Notes under the pieces: generated by a model | Seen by the model: only the letters and a program-made list of their open reading frames with translations | Told to the model about the DNA's origin: nothing | Databases searched by the model: none | Program-made: the position numbers and the translations under genes | In this document: in pieces, positions 51,948 through 61,025 of the stretch | How the letters are laid out: each line of letters opens with the position of its first letter | Numbering within the stretch: the stretch's first letter is position 1 | Source of the DNA: Collinsella aerofaciens | Lineage (GTDB): Bacteria > Actinomycetota > Coriobacteriia > Coriobacteriales > Coriobacteriaceae | Length of the DNA stretch: 64,000 nucleotides | NCBI GenBank assembly: GCA_048194085.1 | Contig: DBFABM010000020.1 | Coordinates: 1,692 to 65,691 of the forward strand | Direction: 5' to 3'

Positions 51948-52190
51948 CGGGGAAGCCGCGTCCTGCTTTGAAGGCTCGGAACGGGATGTGGTTTCCGAAA
52001 CGGGGGCCGTTGGGAAACTGTGTCCCGGAATGGGCGCTCAGAGTGGGATGCAGTTTCCGCGAGAGACCCGTTGCGGAAACGGTATCCCAGAATCGGCGTT
52101 CAAAACGGGGCGCTCTTTCCGAAACATGGCCCTGAGGGAAGCTGCGTCCCGGTCTGAGTCGGAATTCCGGGACACAGCTTCCCTTTCAAA
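51948..52190. repeat. Four degenerate tandem 62-bp units, each hairpin-forming
   Basis: Units start at 51949, 52011, 52073 and 52135 with (G/C)GGAA(A/G)C.G..TCC. Each ends with TTTCCG-type sequence complementary to its own 5' end. Unit 4 forms a 16/17 stem (52135-52151 with 52166-52182). Confidence 0.7.
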
Positions 52191-52193
52191 CAG

Positions 52194-52237
52194 AAGAAGG
52201 CGCGCTGCCTGCAGTTGATGCAGACGGCGCGCCTTCT
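52194..52237. terminator. Bidirectional hairpin terminator between the antiporter and SDR genes
   Basis: AGAAGGCGCGC (52194-52204) pairs with GCGCGCCTTCT (52227-52237). Inner CTGCA/TGCAG pairing. TTGTT follows. Confidence 0.65.
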
Positions 52238-52280
52238 TTGTTGGACTATGTTGAGGCTGGGAGCTGAGGCTTGTGGTCCC

Positions 52281-53030
52281 TTAAGAGCGGGCGGCTCCGT
52301 CGACGGGGAGCACGGCGCCCGTGACATAGGAGGACATGTCGCTCGCTAGGAAAACGAAGGCGTTGGCGACGTCCTCGGGCTCGCCCATGCGGCCGAGCGG
52401 AATGGTGGCGATGATGGGCTTGATGACCTCTTCGGGAAGGTTGGCGACCATATCGGTCTTGGTCACGCCGGGAGCGACAGCGTTGACGCGAATGCCCATG
52501 GGGGCGAGCTCGCGCGAGAGCGACTGGACCATACCGTTGACGGCGAACTTGGACGTGGGATAGCCAACGCCGGAGGGCTGACCGTACTTGGCGACCATCG
52601 AGCTCGTGGTGGTGATGGTGCCGCCGTGGCCTGCCTCGGCCATAATCTTGGCAGCGGCTTGGTGGCCGTTAAAGACGGCGACGACGTTGAGGTCCATGAC
52701 CTTGGCGAACTCTTCGGCCGTGTACTCCAGAAGCGGCGAGCGCTGGGAGATGCCGGCGTTGTTAACGACCGTGTCCAGGCCACCCATGTCGGCGGCTGCC
52801 TCGGTAAAGGCCTCGGTTACGGCCTCGAGCGAGGTGAGGTCGCAGGTGCGGCCCCAGACCTTGGCCTCGGGATAGGCTGCGGCCAGCTTTTCAACGGCGG
52901 CGTCGGCAGTCTCCTGACGCGAGCCAAAGACCGTGACGGCGGCGCCCTCCTCGATAAAGCGACAGGCGATGGCATAGCCGATACCGCGCGTGCCTCCGGT
53001 GATGATTGCTTTCTTGCCCTCGAGCAACAT
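52281..53030 (-). CDS. SDR-family oxidoreductase (FabG-like)
   Basis: ATG 53030 after GAGGAAG. TGGTRGIG cofactor motif, NNAG, and YxxxK (YPTSK). Confidence 0.9.
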   Translation of the reverse strand: MLLEGKKAIITGGTRGIGYAIACRFIEEGAAVTVFGSRQETADAAVEKLAAAYPEAKVWGRTCDLTSLEAVTEAFTEAAADMGGLDTVVNNAGISQRSPLLEYTAEEFAKVMDLNVVAVFNGHQAAAKIMAEAGHGGTITTTSSMVAKYGQPSGVGYPTSKFAVNGMVQSLSRELAPMGIRVNAVAPGVTKTDMVANLPEEVIKPIIATIPLGRMGEPEDVANAFVFLASDMSSYVTGAVLPVDGAARS

Positions 53031-53175
53031 GGTGCTTCCTCTCATCGCGGGCGGACATTCGCAGCACAGCGTAGCGGTAGCCGGAATCGGTCGCGTCTGC
53101 ATATCGGTGAACGGTAGCCCGCGTTACCGATGAGCGGTTCGCGCAAATGTACTCTGCCGTTGTGCTTGGGGCAGG

Positions 53176-53213
53176 AGACAAAAGGGCTCCCGTCCCACAT
53201 CGGACGGGAGCCC
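53176..53213 (-). terminator. Rho-independent terminator of hom
   Basis: On the minus strand GGGCTCCCGTCC..GGACGGGAGCCC followed by TTTTGTCTCC, 30 nt after the hom stop. Confidence 0.8.
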
Positions 53214-53244
53214 CCAAAGCGTGTATTGCTAGGCAAGCGTTGGA

Positions 53245-54588
53245 TTAGTTGGCCATAACGCCTTCGGTCCATGCCTCGACGTCCTCGATGCGCAGGACGT
53301 TGGCGACCTCGGCCACGCAGTCGACGCTGGCAAGTTCGGCGGCGGCAGCCTGGACGTCCTTCTCGAGTGCGCGGTGCGTCAAGAAGATGACCGAGCAGGC
53401 ATCGCTGACGCCCGACTTGCCGTCCTCGACCTGGTTGATGAGCGAGATCGAGATGTTGTGCTTGGCAAAGATGTCGACCGTCTCGGACAAGGCGCCCACG
53501 CGGTCGGCGACCTTCAGGCGCACATAGTACTTGGTCTGGAGCTCGTCCATGGGCTTAAAGGCGAGGTTGTGACCGTAGGGCTCAATCTCGGGCAGCGGAG
53601 CCACGCCGCGGCTGATCTGCTCGGAGAGCGACAGGATATCGCCCACGACGGCGCTTGCGGTGGGGAAGGAGCCTGCGCCGGCACCGTAGAACATGGTTTC
53701 GCCCACGGCGTCACCCACCACGTAGACGGCGTTCATGGCGCCGTTGACCTTGGCGAGCATATGGTCTGCCGGGATGAGCGTGGGATGCACGCGGACGTCG
53801 ACGCCGGCGTCGGTGTTGCGTGCGATGCCCAGCAGCTTGATGGTGTAGCCGAGCTCGCGGGCCTGGGCAATGTCCTCGGCGCCGATGGTACGGATACCCT
53901 GCTGGTAGACATCGTCGGTGGTCACGCGGGTGCCAAAGCCGATGGAAGCGAGGATTGCCGTCTTGCTGGCGGCGTCGAAGCCGTCGACGTCGGCGGACGG
54001 GTCGGCCTCGGCATAGCCCTTTGCCTGGGCGTCGGCGAGCACGTCAGCGTAATCGGCGCCCTCGGCGTCCATGCGCGACAGGATGTAGTTGGTGGTGCCG
54101 TTAAGGATACCGGCGATGGTCAGGATCTTGTTGCCCACCAGGTCGTGCTCGAGCGTGCTGACAATGGGGATGCCACCGCCGCAGCTGGCCTCGCACTTAA
54201 TCTGCACGCCGCACGCGCGCGCCTTCTCGGCGAGCGTCTCGACATGACGGCCCAGCAGGGCCTTGTTGGCAGAGACGACGTGCTTGCTGTTCTCGAAGGC
54301 GGTGGTGAAGATTTCGGTCGCGGGGTGCTCGCCGCCGATGAGCTCGACGACGATATCGACGGCGGGGTCGGTGACGACGTCGTGCCAGTCGCTCGTAAAG
54401 GCCTCGCGCTCAATACCGGCTGCTTCGGCCTGCTCCCAGGCAAGCGCGCAGGCGCGGGTCAGCTTAAGGTCGATGCCGTAGGCGGCCAGGTACTCATCGT
54501 GGTGGCTCTTGATCAGACGGGCCACGCCGCCGCCGACGGTTCCCAGACCGATGAGGCCGACGTTCACGGTGCGCAGGGGTTCGCTCAT
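53245..54588 (-). CDS. hom: Homoserine dehydrogenase with C-terminal ACT domain
   Basis: VGLIGLGTVGGGV NAD motif, core GILNGTTNYIL and AEADPSADVDG, ACT-like tail. Confidence 0.95.
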   Translation of the reverse strand: MSEPLRTVNVGLIGLGTVGGGVARLIKSHHDEYLAAYGIDLKLTRACALAWEQAEAAGIEREAFTSDWHDVVTDPAVDIVVELIGGEHPATEIFTTAFENSKHVVSANKALLGRHVETLAEKARACGVQIKCEASCGGGIPIVSTLEHDLVGNKILTIAGILNGTTNYILSRMDAEGADYADVLADAQAKGYAEADPSADVDGFDAASKTAILASIGFGTRVTTDDVYQQGIRTIGAEDIAQARELGYTIKLLGIARNTDAGVDVRVHPTLIPADHMLAKVNGAMNAVYVVGDAVGETMFYGAGAGSFPTASAVVGDILSLSEQISRGVAPLPEIEPYGHNLAFKPMDELQTKYYVRLKVADRVGALSETVDIFAKHNISISLINQVEDGKSGVSDACSVIFLTHRALEKDVQAAAAELASVDCVAEVANVLRIEDVEAWTEGVMAN

Positions 54589-54840
54589 AGATAGCTCCTT
54601 CGTGCATCTTATGGATGGATTAACCGCTTAAAGGTTGAGTGCATTCTAGCGTGAACCGAGGGCGCGTGCTCGCCAGGCAACAGGAGTCGCACAAAACGGC
54701 ACCCCCGAAACGCTGCGGAAACATTGGAAACATGCTCGCTACAAACGGAACTCCGTAACAAACTGTCAACGTTTGCGCCATAAGGTTTGCTCCGTACCGC
54801 AAGACGGCCGCGCTGCGGCCAGCGAAAAAAGGGGGACACC

Positions 54841-55036
54841 ATGTTTAGCATCAACAACGTACTTAACCGCAGGAGTTTCCTTGTCGGAGCCACGCTTATT
54901 TTTGCCCCGATCTATTACACCCCAGCGTCCGTTTTGCTCAAGAACGCCAAGGACATGAGCTACGACATGACACTAATGGGTGTCGACGGCATGGACAGCC
55001 TATGTGATCCAGGACGGCAAGTACATCGCTTCCTAA
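54841..55036 (+). pseudogene. Collapsed remnant of a paralogous liv-type substrate-binding protein gene
   Basis: RBS and ATG 54841 encode a signal-peptide fragment (NRRSFLVGA). It is fused to IFAPIYYTPASVLLKNAKDMSYD..MGVDGMD, which matches residues of the intact SBP at 55308..56495 (about 80 % nt identity by eye with 56031-56130). An out-of-frame YVIQDGKYIAS* then matches the SBP C-terminus YVITDGKYVQA*. Confidence 0.8.
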
Positions 55037-55307
55037 GTGCGCATAAAGCACGACCGGTGAGGCTGTTTTATTCAGGGCAGGGACGCCTGTAACAGAATGG
55101 AAACATTACTTTTACATAATAAAGTGGCTAAACTGCATAAAACAATAGAAATACGCATAATTATGGATAAATGAACAAATCCAAAGAAAAGTTAAAATAA
55201 TCGCCACTTTCCTTAACTAAAGCGTCTAGTATTTTGCGAACGCCGAACACGGCGAAGGATGGCCTGTCGGGTAACCGAAACCCGACGAGATTTGAGAGGA
55301 GAGCCGC

Positions 55308-56495
55308 ATGTCGAGCCTCACCGGTAAGTCATTGAACCCTGTTATGAATCGCAGGAGCGTTATCGCGAGCGCAGCAGGTCTGGGGGCGATGTCCATTCTA
55401 GCTGGTTGCTCCTCCAACGGCGGCGACAGCGGTTCCGCTTCGAGCGACGCTTCGTTTAAGATCGGTACCATCGGCCCGCTGACCGGCGCCAACGCGTCCT
55501 ACGGCAAGTCCGTTACCCAGGGTGTCGAGCTTGGCTGCAAGGATTTCTCGACCAAGGAGCTGCCGCTTGCCAGCAAGGCCGAGGATGACCAGGCCGATGG
55601 CGAGAAGGCCGTCAACGCCTTCAACACCCTGCTCGACTGGGGCATGCAGGCCCTCGTCGGTCCGACCACCACGGGTGCGTCGGTTGCCGTTGCCGCCGAG
55701 TGCGGTAACGACCCCAAGACGTTCATGATCACCCCGTCCGCGTCCTCCGAGGACGTCACCGACGGCAAGGATTGCGTCTTCCAGGTTTGCTTCACCGACC
55801 CCAACCAGGGTGTCAACGCTGCCAAGTTCCTGGCGCAGAAGTATGCGGACGAGAAGTTCGTGCTGTTCTATAACTCCGGCGACGCATATTCTTCGGGCAT
55901 CGCAGATTCCTTTAAGGCCCAGGCTGCTGAGTCCAAGCTCGAGATTGTTGACGAGGAGACCTTTAAGGACGACTCCGCCACGAGCTTTACGAACCAGCTG
56001 ACCAAGGCCAAGCAGGCCGGCGCCACCATGATCTTTGCGCCGATCTACTACACGCCGGCGTCCGTCCTGCTCAAGAACGCCAAGGACATGGGCTACGACG
56101 TCAAGATGATGGGCTGCGACGGCATGGACGGCATCCTGGGCGTTGAGGGCTTCGATACCTCTCTTGCTGAGGGTCTGCTGCTCATGACCCCGTTCTCCGT
56201 CGACGATGAGAAGAACGCCGACTTCGTCAACGCTTACAAGGATAAGTACGGCGATACCCCCGACCAGTTTGCCGCCGACGCCTACGATGGCGTGCACGCG
56301 GTGGCCGAGGCCCTCAAGGAGGCCGGTCTTGGTGTCGACGCCGACCCGACCGAGGCCGCCGAGAAGCTGTCCAAGGCTATGCTCAAGATTACCGTTGACG
56401 GTCTGACCGGCAAGCTCACCTGGAACGATAAGGGCCAGGTCCAGAAGGAGCCCACGACGTACGTCATCACCGACGGCAAGTACGTACAGGCCTAA
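55308..56495 (+). CDS. Branched-chain amino acid (HAAT-family) ABC transporter substrate-binding lipoprotein
   Basis: GAGAGGAG RBS. Tat/lipobox-like N-terminus (NRRSVIASAAGLGAMSILAGCSS). Leu/Ile/Val-binding-protein fold motifs (IGTIGPLTG, GPTTTGAS). Confidence 0.9.
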   Translation: MSSLTGKSLNPVMNRRSVIASAAGLGAMSILAGCSSNGGDSGSASSDASFKIGTIGPLTGANASYGKSVTQGVELGCKDFSTKELPLASKAEDDQADGEKAVNAFNTLLDWGMQALVGPTTTGASVAVAAECGNDPKTFMITPSASSEDVTDGKDCVFQVCFTDPNQGVNAAKFLAQKYADEKFVLFYNSGDAYSSGIADSFKAQAAESKLEIVDEETFKDDSATSFTNQLTKAKQAGATMIFAPIYYTPASVLLKNAKDMGYDVKMMGCDGMDGILGVEGFDTSLAEGLLLMTPFSVDDEKNADFVNAYKDKYGDTPDQFAADAYDGVHAVAEALKEAGLGVDADPTEAAEKLSKAMLKITVDGLTGKLTWNDKGQVQKEPTTYVITDGKYVQA

Positions 56496-56526
56496 TTGGC
56501 CGCCTTACATAGAGCGGTTTTGATCC

Positions 56527-56588
56527 CAAGCAGGGGAGGTTTTGGCCTTCCCTGCTTGCTTGGTATCTAGGGACGATGTAACGTCCCT
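56527..56588 (+). terminator. Two hairpins between the SBP and permease genes (partial terminator/attenuator)
   Basis: CAAGCAGGGGAGG (56527-56539) pairs 12/13 with CCTTCCCTGCTTG (56546-56558). AGGGACG (56569-56575) pairs with CGTCCCT (56582-56588), followed by GTTTC. Confidence 0.5.
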
Positions 56589-56634
56589 GTTTCATACATC
56601 AACTGGAAACCTATTCGAAAGGGGGATGTGGAAC

Positions 56635-57516
56635 ATGACGGTCTTTATCCAATACCTGGTCAACGGCCTGTCCATGGGCAGCGTCTACGCCATCATCGCG
56701 TTGGGCTACACCATGGTCTACGGTATCGCCAAGATGCTGAACTTCGCTCACGGCGACGTCATCATGGTCGGTGCCTATGTCTCGTTCTGCGCCACGTCGT
56801 ATCTCGGCCTCCCGGGCTGGGCATCTGTAGTTCTCTCTTGTGTGGTCTGCACGGTTCTCGGTGTTCTCATTGAGGGTCTGGCCTATAAGCCGCTGCGCCA
56901 AGCGGGCCCGTTGGCCGTTCTGATCACGGCCATCGGCGTGTCTTACTTCCTGCAGAACGCCGCGCAGCTTCTGTGGGGCGCCACGCCCAAGAACTTCACT
57001 TCGCTCGTCACCTTCCCGGTGCCGGAGTTCTTGGCCAAGTTTAACGTAAGCGCCGTCTCGCTCGTCACCATCGTCGCCTGCCTGGTTATCATGGCCGGCC
57101 TGATGTTCTTTACAGGTAAGACCAAGATGGGCAAGGCCATGCGCGCCGTGTCCGAGGATAAGGCCGCCGCTCAGCTCATGGGCATCAACGTCAACCGCAC
57201 CATCTCGATGACGTTCGCCATCGGCTCCGCCCTCGCTGCCATCGCCGGCGTGCTCCTGTGCTCCTACTCGCCGGTCCTGCAGCCCACTACGGGCGCCATG
57301 CCTGGCATCAAGGCCTTCGACGCTGCCGTTTTCGGCGGCATCGGCTCCATCCCCGGCGCCTTTGTCGGCGGCATTCTCATCGGCATCATCGAGGCGATGG
57401 CGCAGGCTTACATTTCCACGAGCCTTGCCAACTCCATCGTCTTTGGTGTTTTGATCATCGTCCTGCTCGTCAAGCCTGCCGGCCTCTTGGGCAAGTACGT
57501 CCCCGAGAAGGTGTAG
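56635..57516 (+). CDS. livH: HAAT-family ABC transporter permease (LivH-type)
   Basis: ATG 56635. FIQYLVNGLSMGSVYAIIALGYTMVYG and MLNFAHGD are LivH hallmarks. Confidence 0.9.
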   Translation: MTVFIQYLVNGLSMGSVYAIIALGYTMVYGIAKMLNFAHGDVIMVGAYVSFCATSYLGLPGWASVVLSCVVCTVLGVLIEGLAYKPLRQAGPLAVLITAIGVSYFLQNAAQLLWGATPKNFTSLVTFPVPEFLAKFNVSAVSLVTIVACLVIMAGLMFFTGKTKMGKAMRAVSEDKAAAQLMGINVNRTISMTFAIGSALAAIAGVLLCSYSPVLQPTTGAMPGIKAFDAAVFGGIGSIPGAFVGGILIGIIEAMAQAYISTSLANSIVFGVLIIVLLVKPAGLLGKYVPEKV

Positions 57517-57525
57517 GTGAGCGTT

Positions 57526-58605
57526 ATGAAGTTTCTTAAAGACAAGCAGACGCGTCACGACTTTGTCACGTACGCCATGTGCGTTGTGGCGTTCGCCATC
57601 GTGTTCTTTATGCAGTCCAACCACATGATCCCGCGCATGATCGCCGGTCAGCTGGTTCCCATCACAGCCTATATCGTCATGGCCATCTCCCTTAACCTCG
57701 TCGTCGGCATCGCGGGCGACTTGTCGCTGGGCCACGCGGGCTTTATGAGCGTCGGCGCCTATACGGGCATCGTCACTGCCGTCGCGCTGGAGAGCACCGT
57801 TCCGTCTGATCCGATGCGTCTGATCATCAGCATTGTGGTCGGCGCTATCGCCGCTGCCATCTTGGGCTTCTTGATCGGCATCCCGGTCCTGCGCCTGAGC
57901 GGCGACTATCTGGCCATCGTGACCCTGGCTTTTGGCGAGATTATCAAAGAGGTCGTCACCTGCCTCATTGTGGGCGTCGATTCCCGCGGCCTGCATGTGA
58001 TCTTTAACATCACGGGTAACTCCACGATCGACGACCTGCACCTGCTCGAGGACGGCACCGCCATCATCAAGGGCGCGCAGGGTGCATCGGGCGTGTCGAC
58101 CTATTCGACCTTCCTTGCCGGCGCAATCCTGGTTATGGTCGCGCTCGTGATTGTGCTCAACCTGGTTCGCAGCCGTACCGGTCGTGCCATTATTGCCGTG
58201 CGCGACAACAAGATCGCTGCCGAGTCTGTGGGCATCTCCGTCACCCAGTACCGCATGATCGCCTTCGTGGTTTCCGCTGCCCTCGCCGGTGCTGCCGGAG
58301 CTCTGTTCGGCGGTAACTTCTCGCAGCTTTCCGCCACTAAGTTCGACTTCAATACGTCCATTCTCATTCTGGTGTTCGTGGTCCTGGGCGGCCTGGGCAA
58401 CATGCGCGGCTCCGTTATCGCCGCGGCGCTGCTCACGGTGCTCCCCGAGCTGCTCCGTCAGTTTTCGGACTACCGCATGCTCATCTACGCCATCGTGTTG
58501 ATTCTGGTCATGGTCTTTACCAACAACCCACAGCTCAAGGCGTTCTTCGCACGCATTAAGGATCGCTTTGCTTCCAAGAAGGAGGTGGCAGCCGATGCCC
58601 AGTAA
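57526..58605 (+). CDS. livM: HAAT-family ABC transporter permease (LivM-type)
   Basis: ATG 57526 (GTG 57517 also possible). NLVVGIAGDLSLGHAGFMSVGAY motif. Confidence 0.9.
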   Translation: MKFLKDKQTRHDFVTYAMCVVAFAIVFFMQSNHMIPRMIAGQLVPITAYIVMAISLNLVVGIAGDLSLGHAGFMSVGAYTGIVTAVALESTVPSDPMRLIISIVVGAIAAAILGFLIGIPVLRLSGDYLAIVTLAFGEIIKEVVTCLIVGVDSRGLHVIFNITGNSTIDDLHLLEDGTAIIKGAQGASGVSTYSTFLAGAILVMVALVIVLNLVRSRTGRAIIAVRDNKIAAESVGISVTQYRMIAFVVSAALAGAAGALFGGNFSQLSATKFDFNTSILILVFVVLGGLGNMRGSVIAAALLTVLPELLRQFSDYRMLIYAIVLILVMVFTNNPQLKAFFARIKDRFASKKEVAADAQ

Positions 58606-59455
58606 GTTTGAGTTCAACAAGGGCAAGATGGTCCCGTATCCTTCTGGCGCCATCGTTCCCGACCGCGACCTGGGCCAGCGCCCGGCGCTCGAGTGCATTC
58701 ACCTGGGCATTGAATTCGGCGGCCTTAAGGCGGTCGACGACTTTAGCCTAACCATCGGCAAGACCGAGATTGCCGGTCTCATCGGCCCCAACGGTGCCGG
58801 CAAGACCACGGTCTTCAACCTGCTCACCAAGGTGTACCAGCCTACGCACGGCACCATCCTGCTCGACGGTGAGGACACTTCGGGCAAGTCGGTCTACCAG
58901 GTCAACCGCATGGGTATTGCCCGTACGTTCCAGAACATCCGTCTGTTCAACACCATGACGGTGGAGGACAACGTTAAGGTCGGCCTGCACAACCAGGAGC
59001 GCTACTCCGGCTTTGAGGGCGTGCTGCGCCTGCCGACGTATTGGAAGCACGAGAAGGCCGCCCACGAGCGCGCCATGGAGCTGCTGTCCATTTTTGACAT
59101 GGAGCACCTGGCAAATGAACAGGCCGGCTCGCTTCCTTACGGCGCTCAGCGCCGTCTGGAAATCGTCCGCGCGCTTGCCACTAACCCCAAGCTGCTGCTG
59201 CTCGACGAGCCTGCCGCCGGCATGAACCCGTCCGAGACCGCAGAGCTCATGGCGAACATCGTCAAGATTCGCGACACCTTCGGCATCGCCATCATGCTTA
59301 TCGAGCATGATATGTCGCTCGTTATGAACATCTGCGAGGGCATCTGCGTGCTTAACTTTGGCAAGGTTATCGCCAAGGGTACGGCGGAGGAAATCCAGAA
59401 CAACGACGCCGTTATCGAGGCGTATCTGGGTAAGCAGGATAAGGGGGAGAACTAA
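58595..59455 (+). CDS. livG: HAAT-family ABC transporter ATP-binding protein (LivG-type)
   Basis: ATG 58595 after AGGAGG, overlapping the livM end. GPNGAGKTT Walker A, LSGG-equivalent LPYGAQRRLEI, LLLLDEPAAG. Confidence 0.9.
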   Translation: MPSKFEFNKGKMVPYPSGAIVPDRDLGQRPALECIHLGIEFGGLKAVDDFSLTIGKTEIAGLIGPNGAGKTTVFNLLTKVYQPTHGTILLDGEDTSGKSVYQVNRMGIARTFQNIRLFNTMTVEDNVKVGLHNQERYSGFEGVLRLPTYWKHEKAAHERAMELLSIFDMEHLANEQAGSLPYGAQRRLEIVRALATNPKLLLLDEPAAGMNPSETAELMANIVKIRDTFGIAIMLIEHDMSLVMNICEGICVLNFGKVIAKGTAEEIQNNDAVIEAYLGKQDKGEN

Positions 59456-60169
59456 ATGGCAGAGCCGATGCTTTCCGTCTACAACATCAACGTCTGGTAC
59501 GGCGCCATCCACGCCATCAAGGACATCTCCTTTAACGTTAACGAGGGCGAGATCGTGGCCTTGATTGGTGCCAACGGTGCCGGCAAGTCCACAACGCTCA
59601 AGACCGTCTCGGGCCTGCTGCGCTCCAAGACCGGCTCCATCAAGTTTATGGGCGAGGACATTACCCATACGCCCGCTGATAAGCTGGTTGGTAAGGGCCT
59701 GGCTCAGGTTCCCGAGGGTCGTCGCGCCTTTTTGCAGATGACGGTCGAGGAGAACCTGGAGATGGGCGCCTATACACAGCCCAAGTCCACAATTGCTCCG
59801 GGCCTGGAGCGCGTCTACGAGCAGTTCCCGCGCCTGAAGGAACGTCGTCGCCAGGTCGCCGGCACCCTTTCAGGTGGCGAGCAGCAGATGCTCGTTATGG
59901 GGCGCGCCCTTATGAGTAACCCCAAACTGCTTATGCTCGACGAACCTTCCATGGGTCTGGCACCGATTCTGATCGAACAGATCTTCCAGATTGTCGAGGA
60001 CCTGCACAAGGCCGGCACCACGGTGCTTCTGGTCGAGCAAAACGCGCAGATGGCGCTTTCCATCGCCACACGCGGTTACGTGCTCGAGACCGGCAAGATC
60101 ACCATGACCGGCACCGGCCAAGAGCTCCTGCACGACGACAACGTCCGCAAGGCCTATCTGGGCGGTTAA
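59456..60169 (+). CDS. livF: HAAT-family ABC transporter ATP-binding protein (LivF-type)
   Basis: GANGAGKST, LSGGEQQML, LLMLDEPSMGLAP. Confidence 0.9.
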   Translation: MAEPMLSVYNINVWYGAIHAIKDISFNVNEGEIVALIGANGAGKSTTLKTVSGLLRSKTGSIKFMGEDITHTPADKLVGKGLAQVPEGRRAFLQMTVEENLEMGAYTQPKSTIAPGLERVYEQFPRLKERRRQVAGTLSGGEQQMLVMGRALMSNPKLLMLDEPSMGLAPILIEQIFQIVEDLHKAGTTVLLVEQNAQMALSIATRGYVLETGKITMTGTGQELLHDDNVRKAYLGG

Positions 60170-60180
60170 TCCATTCAACA

Positions 60181-60218
60181 AAGGGGGCGCTGACCAACCC
60201 GGTCAGCGCCCCCTTTTA
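60181..60218 (+). terminator. Rho-independent terminator of the liv operon
   Basis: AAGGGGGCGCTGACC..GGTCAGCGCCCCCTT (perfect 15-bp stem) followed by TT. Confidence 0.8.
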
Positions 60219-60219
60219 A

Positions 60220-60284
60220 GTTGCGGTGAAATAGGGACTGAATACGGGCTCCAGAGGCCAAATGAGTCCCTATTCCACCGCAAC
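60220..60284. repeat. 20-bp inverted repeat (long hairpin) upstream of cutC
   Basis: GTTGCGGTGAAATAGGGACT (60220-60239) pairs 19/20 with AGTCCCTATTCCACCGCAAC (60265-60284). 25-nt loop. Confidence 0.6.
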
Positions 60285-60344
60285 TTCATGGGGATGTGTG
60301 ACAATGCCCGTCGGAAAACATCTGCTGTCTTTGGGGGTCTATCT

Positions 60345-61022
60345 ATGCTGTACGAGTTTTGTGCCGAGAACTTTGAGCGGGTGCCGGCGGCTATCGATGC
60401 CGGTGCAAGGCGTATCGAGCTGTGCGACAACCTTGCCGTTGGTGGCACCACGCCTTCGGCCGGCGTTATCAGCGCTACGACCAACTATGCACACGAGCAC
60501 GATGCGCGGGTGATGTGCATGATTCGCCCGCGTGGCGGCGACTTTCACTACAACCAGGACGAGTTGCGTATGATGGAGATGGACCTGGGCCTTGCCGTGA
60601 GCGCCGGCGTTGACGGCTTGGTCTTTGGCTGCTGCAAACCCTGCGCTGGCGGATGGGCACTCGACGAGCTTACGTTGGGCGCTCTCGTGATGGCCGCGGG
60701 CTGCGCGACCGAGGAATGCAAGCGTGAGCCCATCGACATCACCTTCCACATGGCGTTTGATCAGCTCTCGCCCGAGGCTCAGCTCGACGCGATTGACATA
60801 CTCGCCGACTGCGGCATCACACGCATCCTGACGCATGGTGGCGCTGCCGGTACGCCGATCGAGGACAACTTCGAAAACCTGGCCCGCTTGATCGAGTATG
60901 CGGGCGACCGCTTGACCATCCTTCCCGGCGGCGGCATTTCCACGGCCAACCGCGATACCGTGGCGGCGGCACTGGGCGCCTCCGAGCTCCATGGCACCAA
61001 GATTGTGCCGCTGGAGGTATAA
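60345..61022 (+). CDS. cutC: Copper homeostasis protein CutC family
   Basis: ATG 60345. MLYEFCAENFERVPAAIDAGARRIELCDNLAVGGTTPS is the CutC N-terminal signature. Confidence 0.85.
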   Translation: MLYEFCAENFERVPAAIDAGARRIELCDNLAVGGTTPSAGVISATTNYAHEHDARVMCMIRPRGGDFHYNQDELRMMEMDLGLAVSAGVDGLVFGCCKPCAGGWALDELTLGALVMAAGCATEECKREPIDITFHMAFDQLSPEAQLDAIDILADCGITRILTHGGAAGTPIEDNFENLARLIEYAGDRLTILPGGGISTANRDTVAAALGASELHGTKIVPLEV

Positions 61023-61025
61023 CCC

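Noticed and set aside
56611-58698. 695-aa minus-strand ORF antisense to livH/livM
   Set aside because: Antisense shadow ORF. The composition is D/G/A/H/R-rich with no recognisable domain. The plus strand encodes clear LivH and LivM permeases with proper RBSs.
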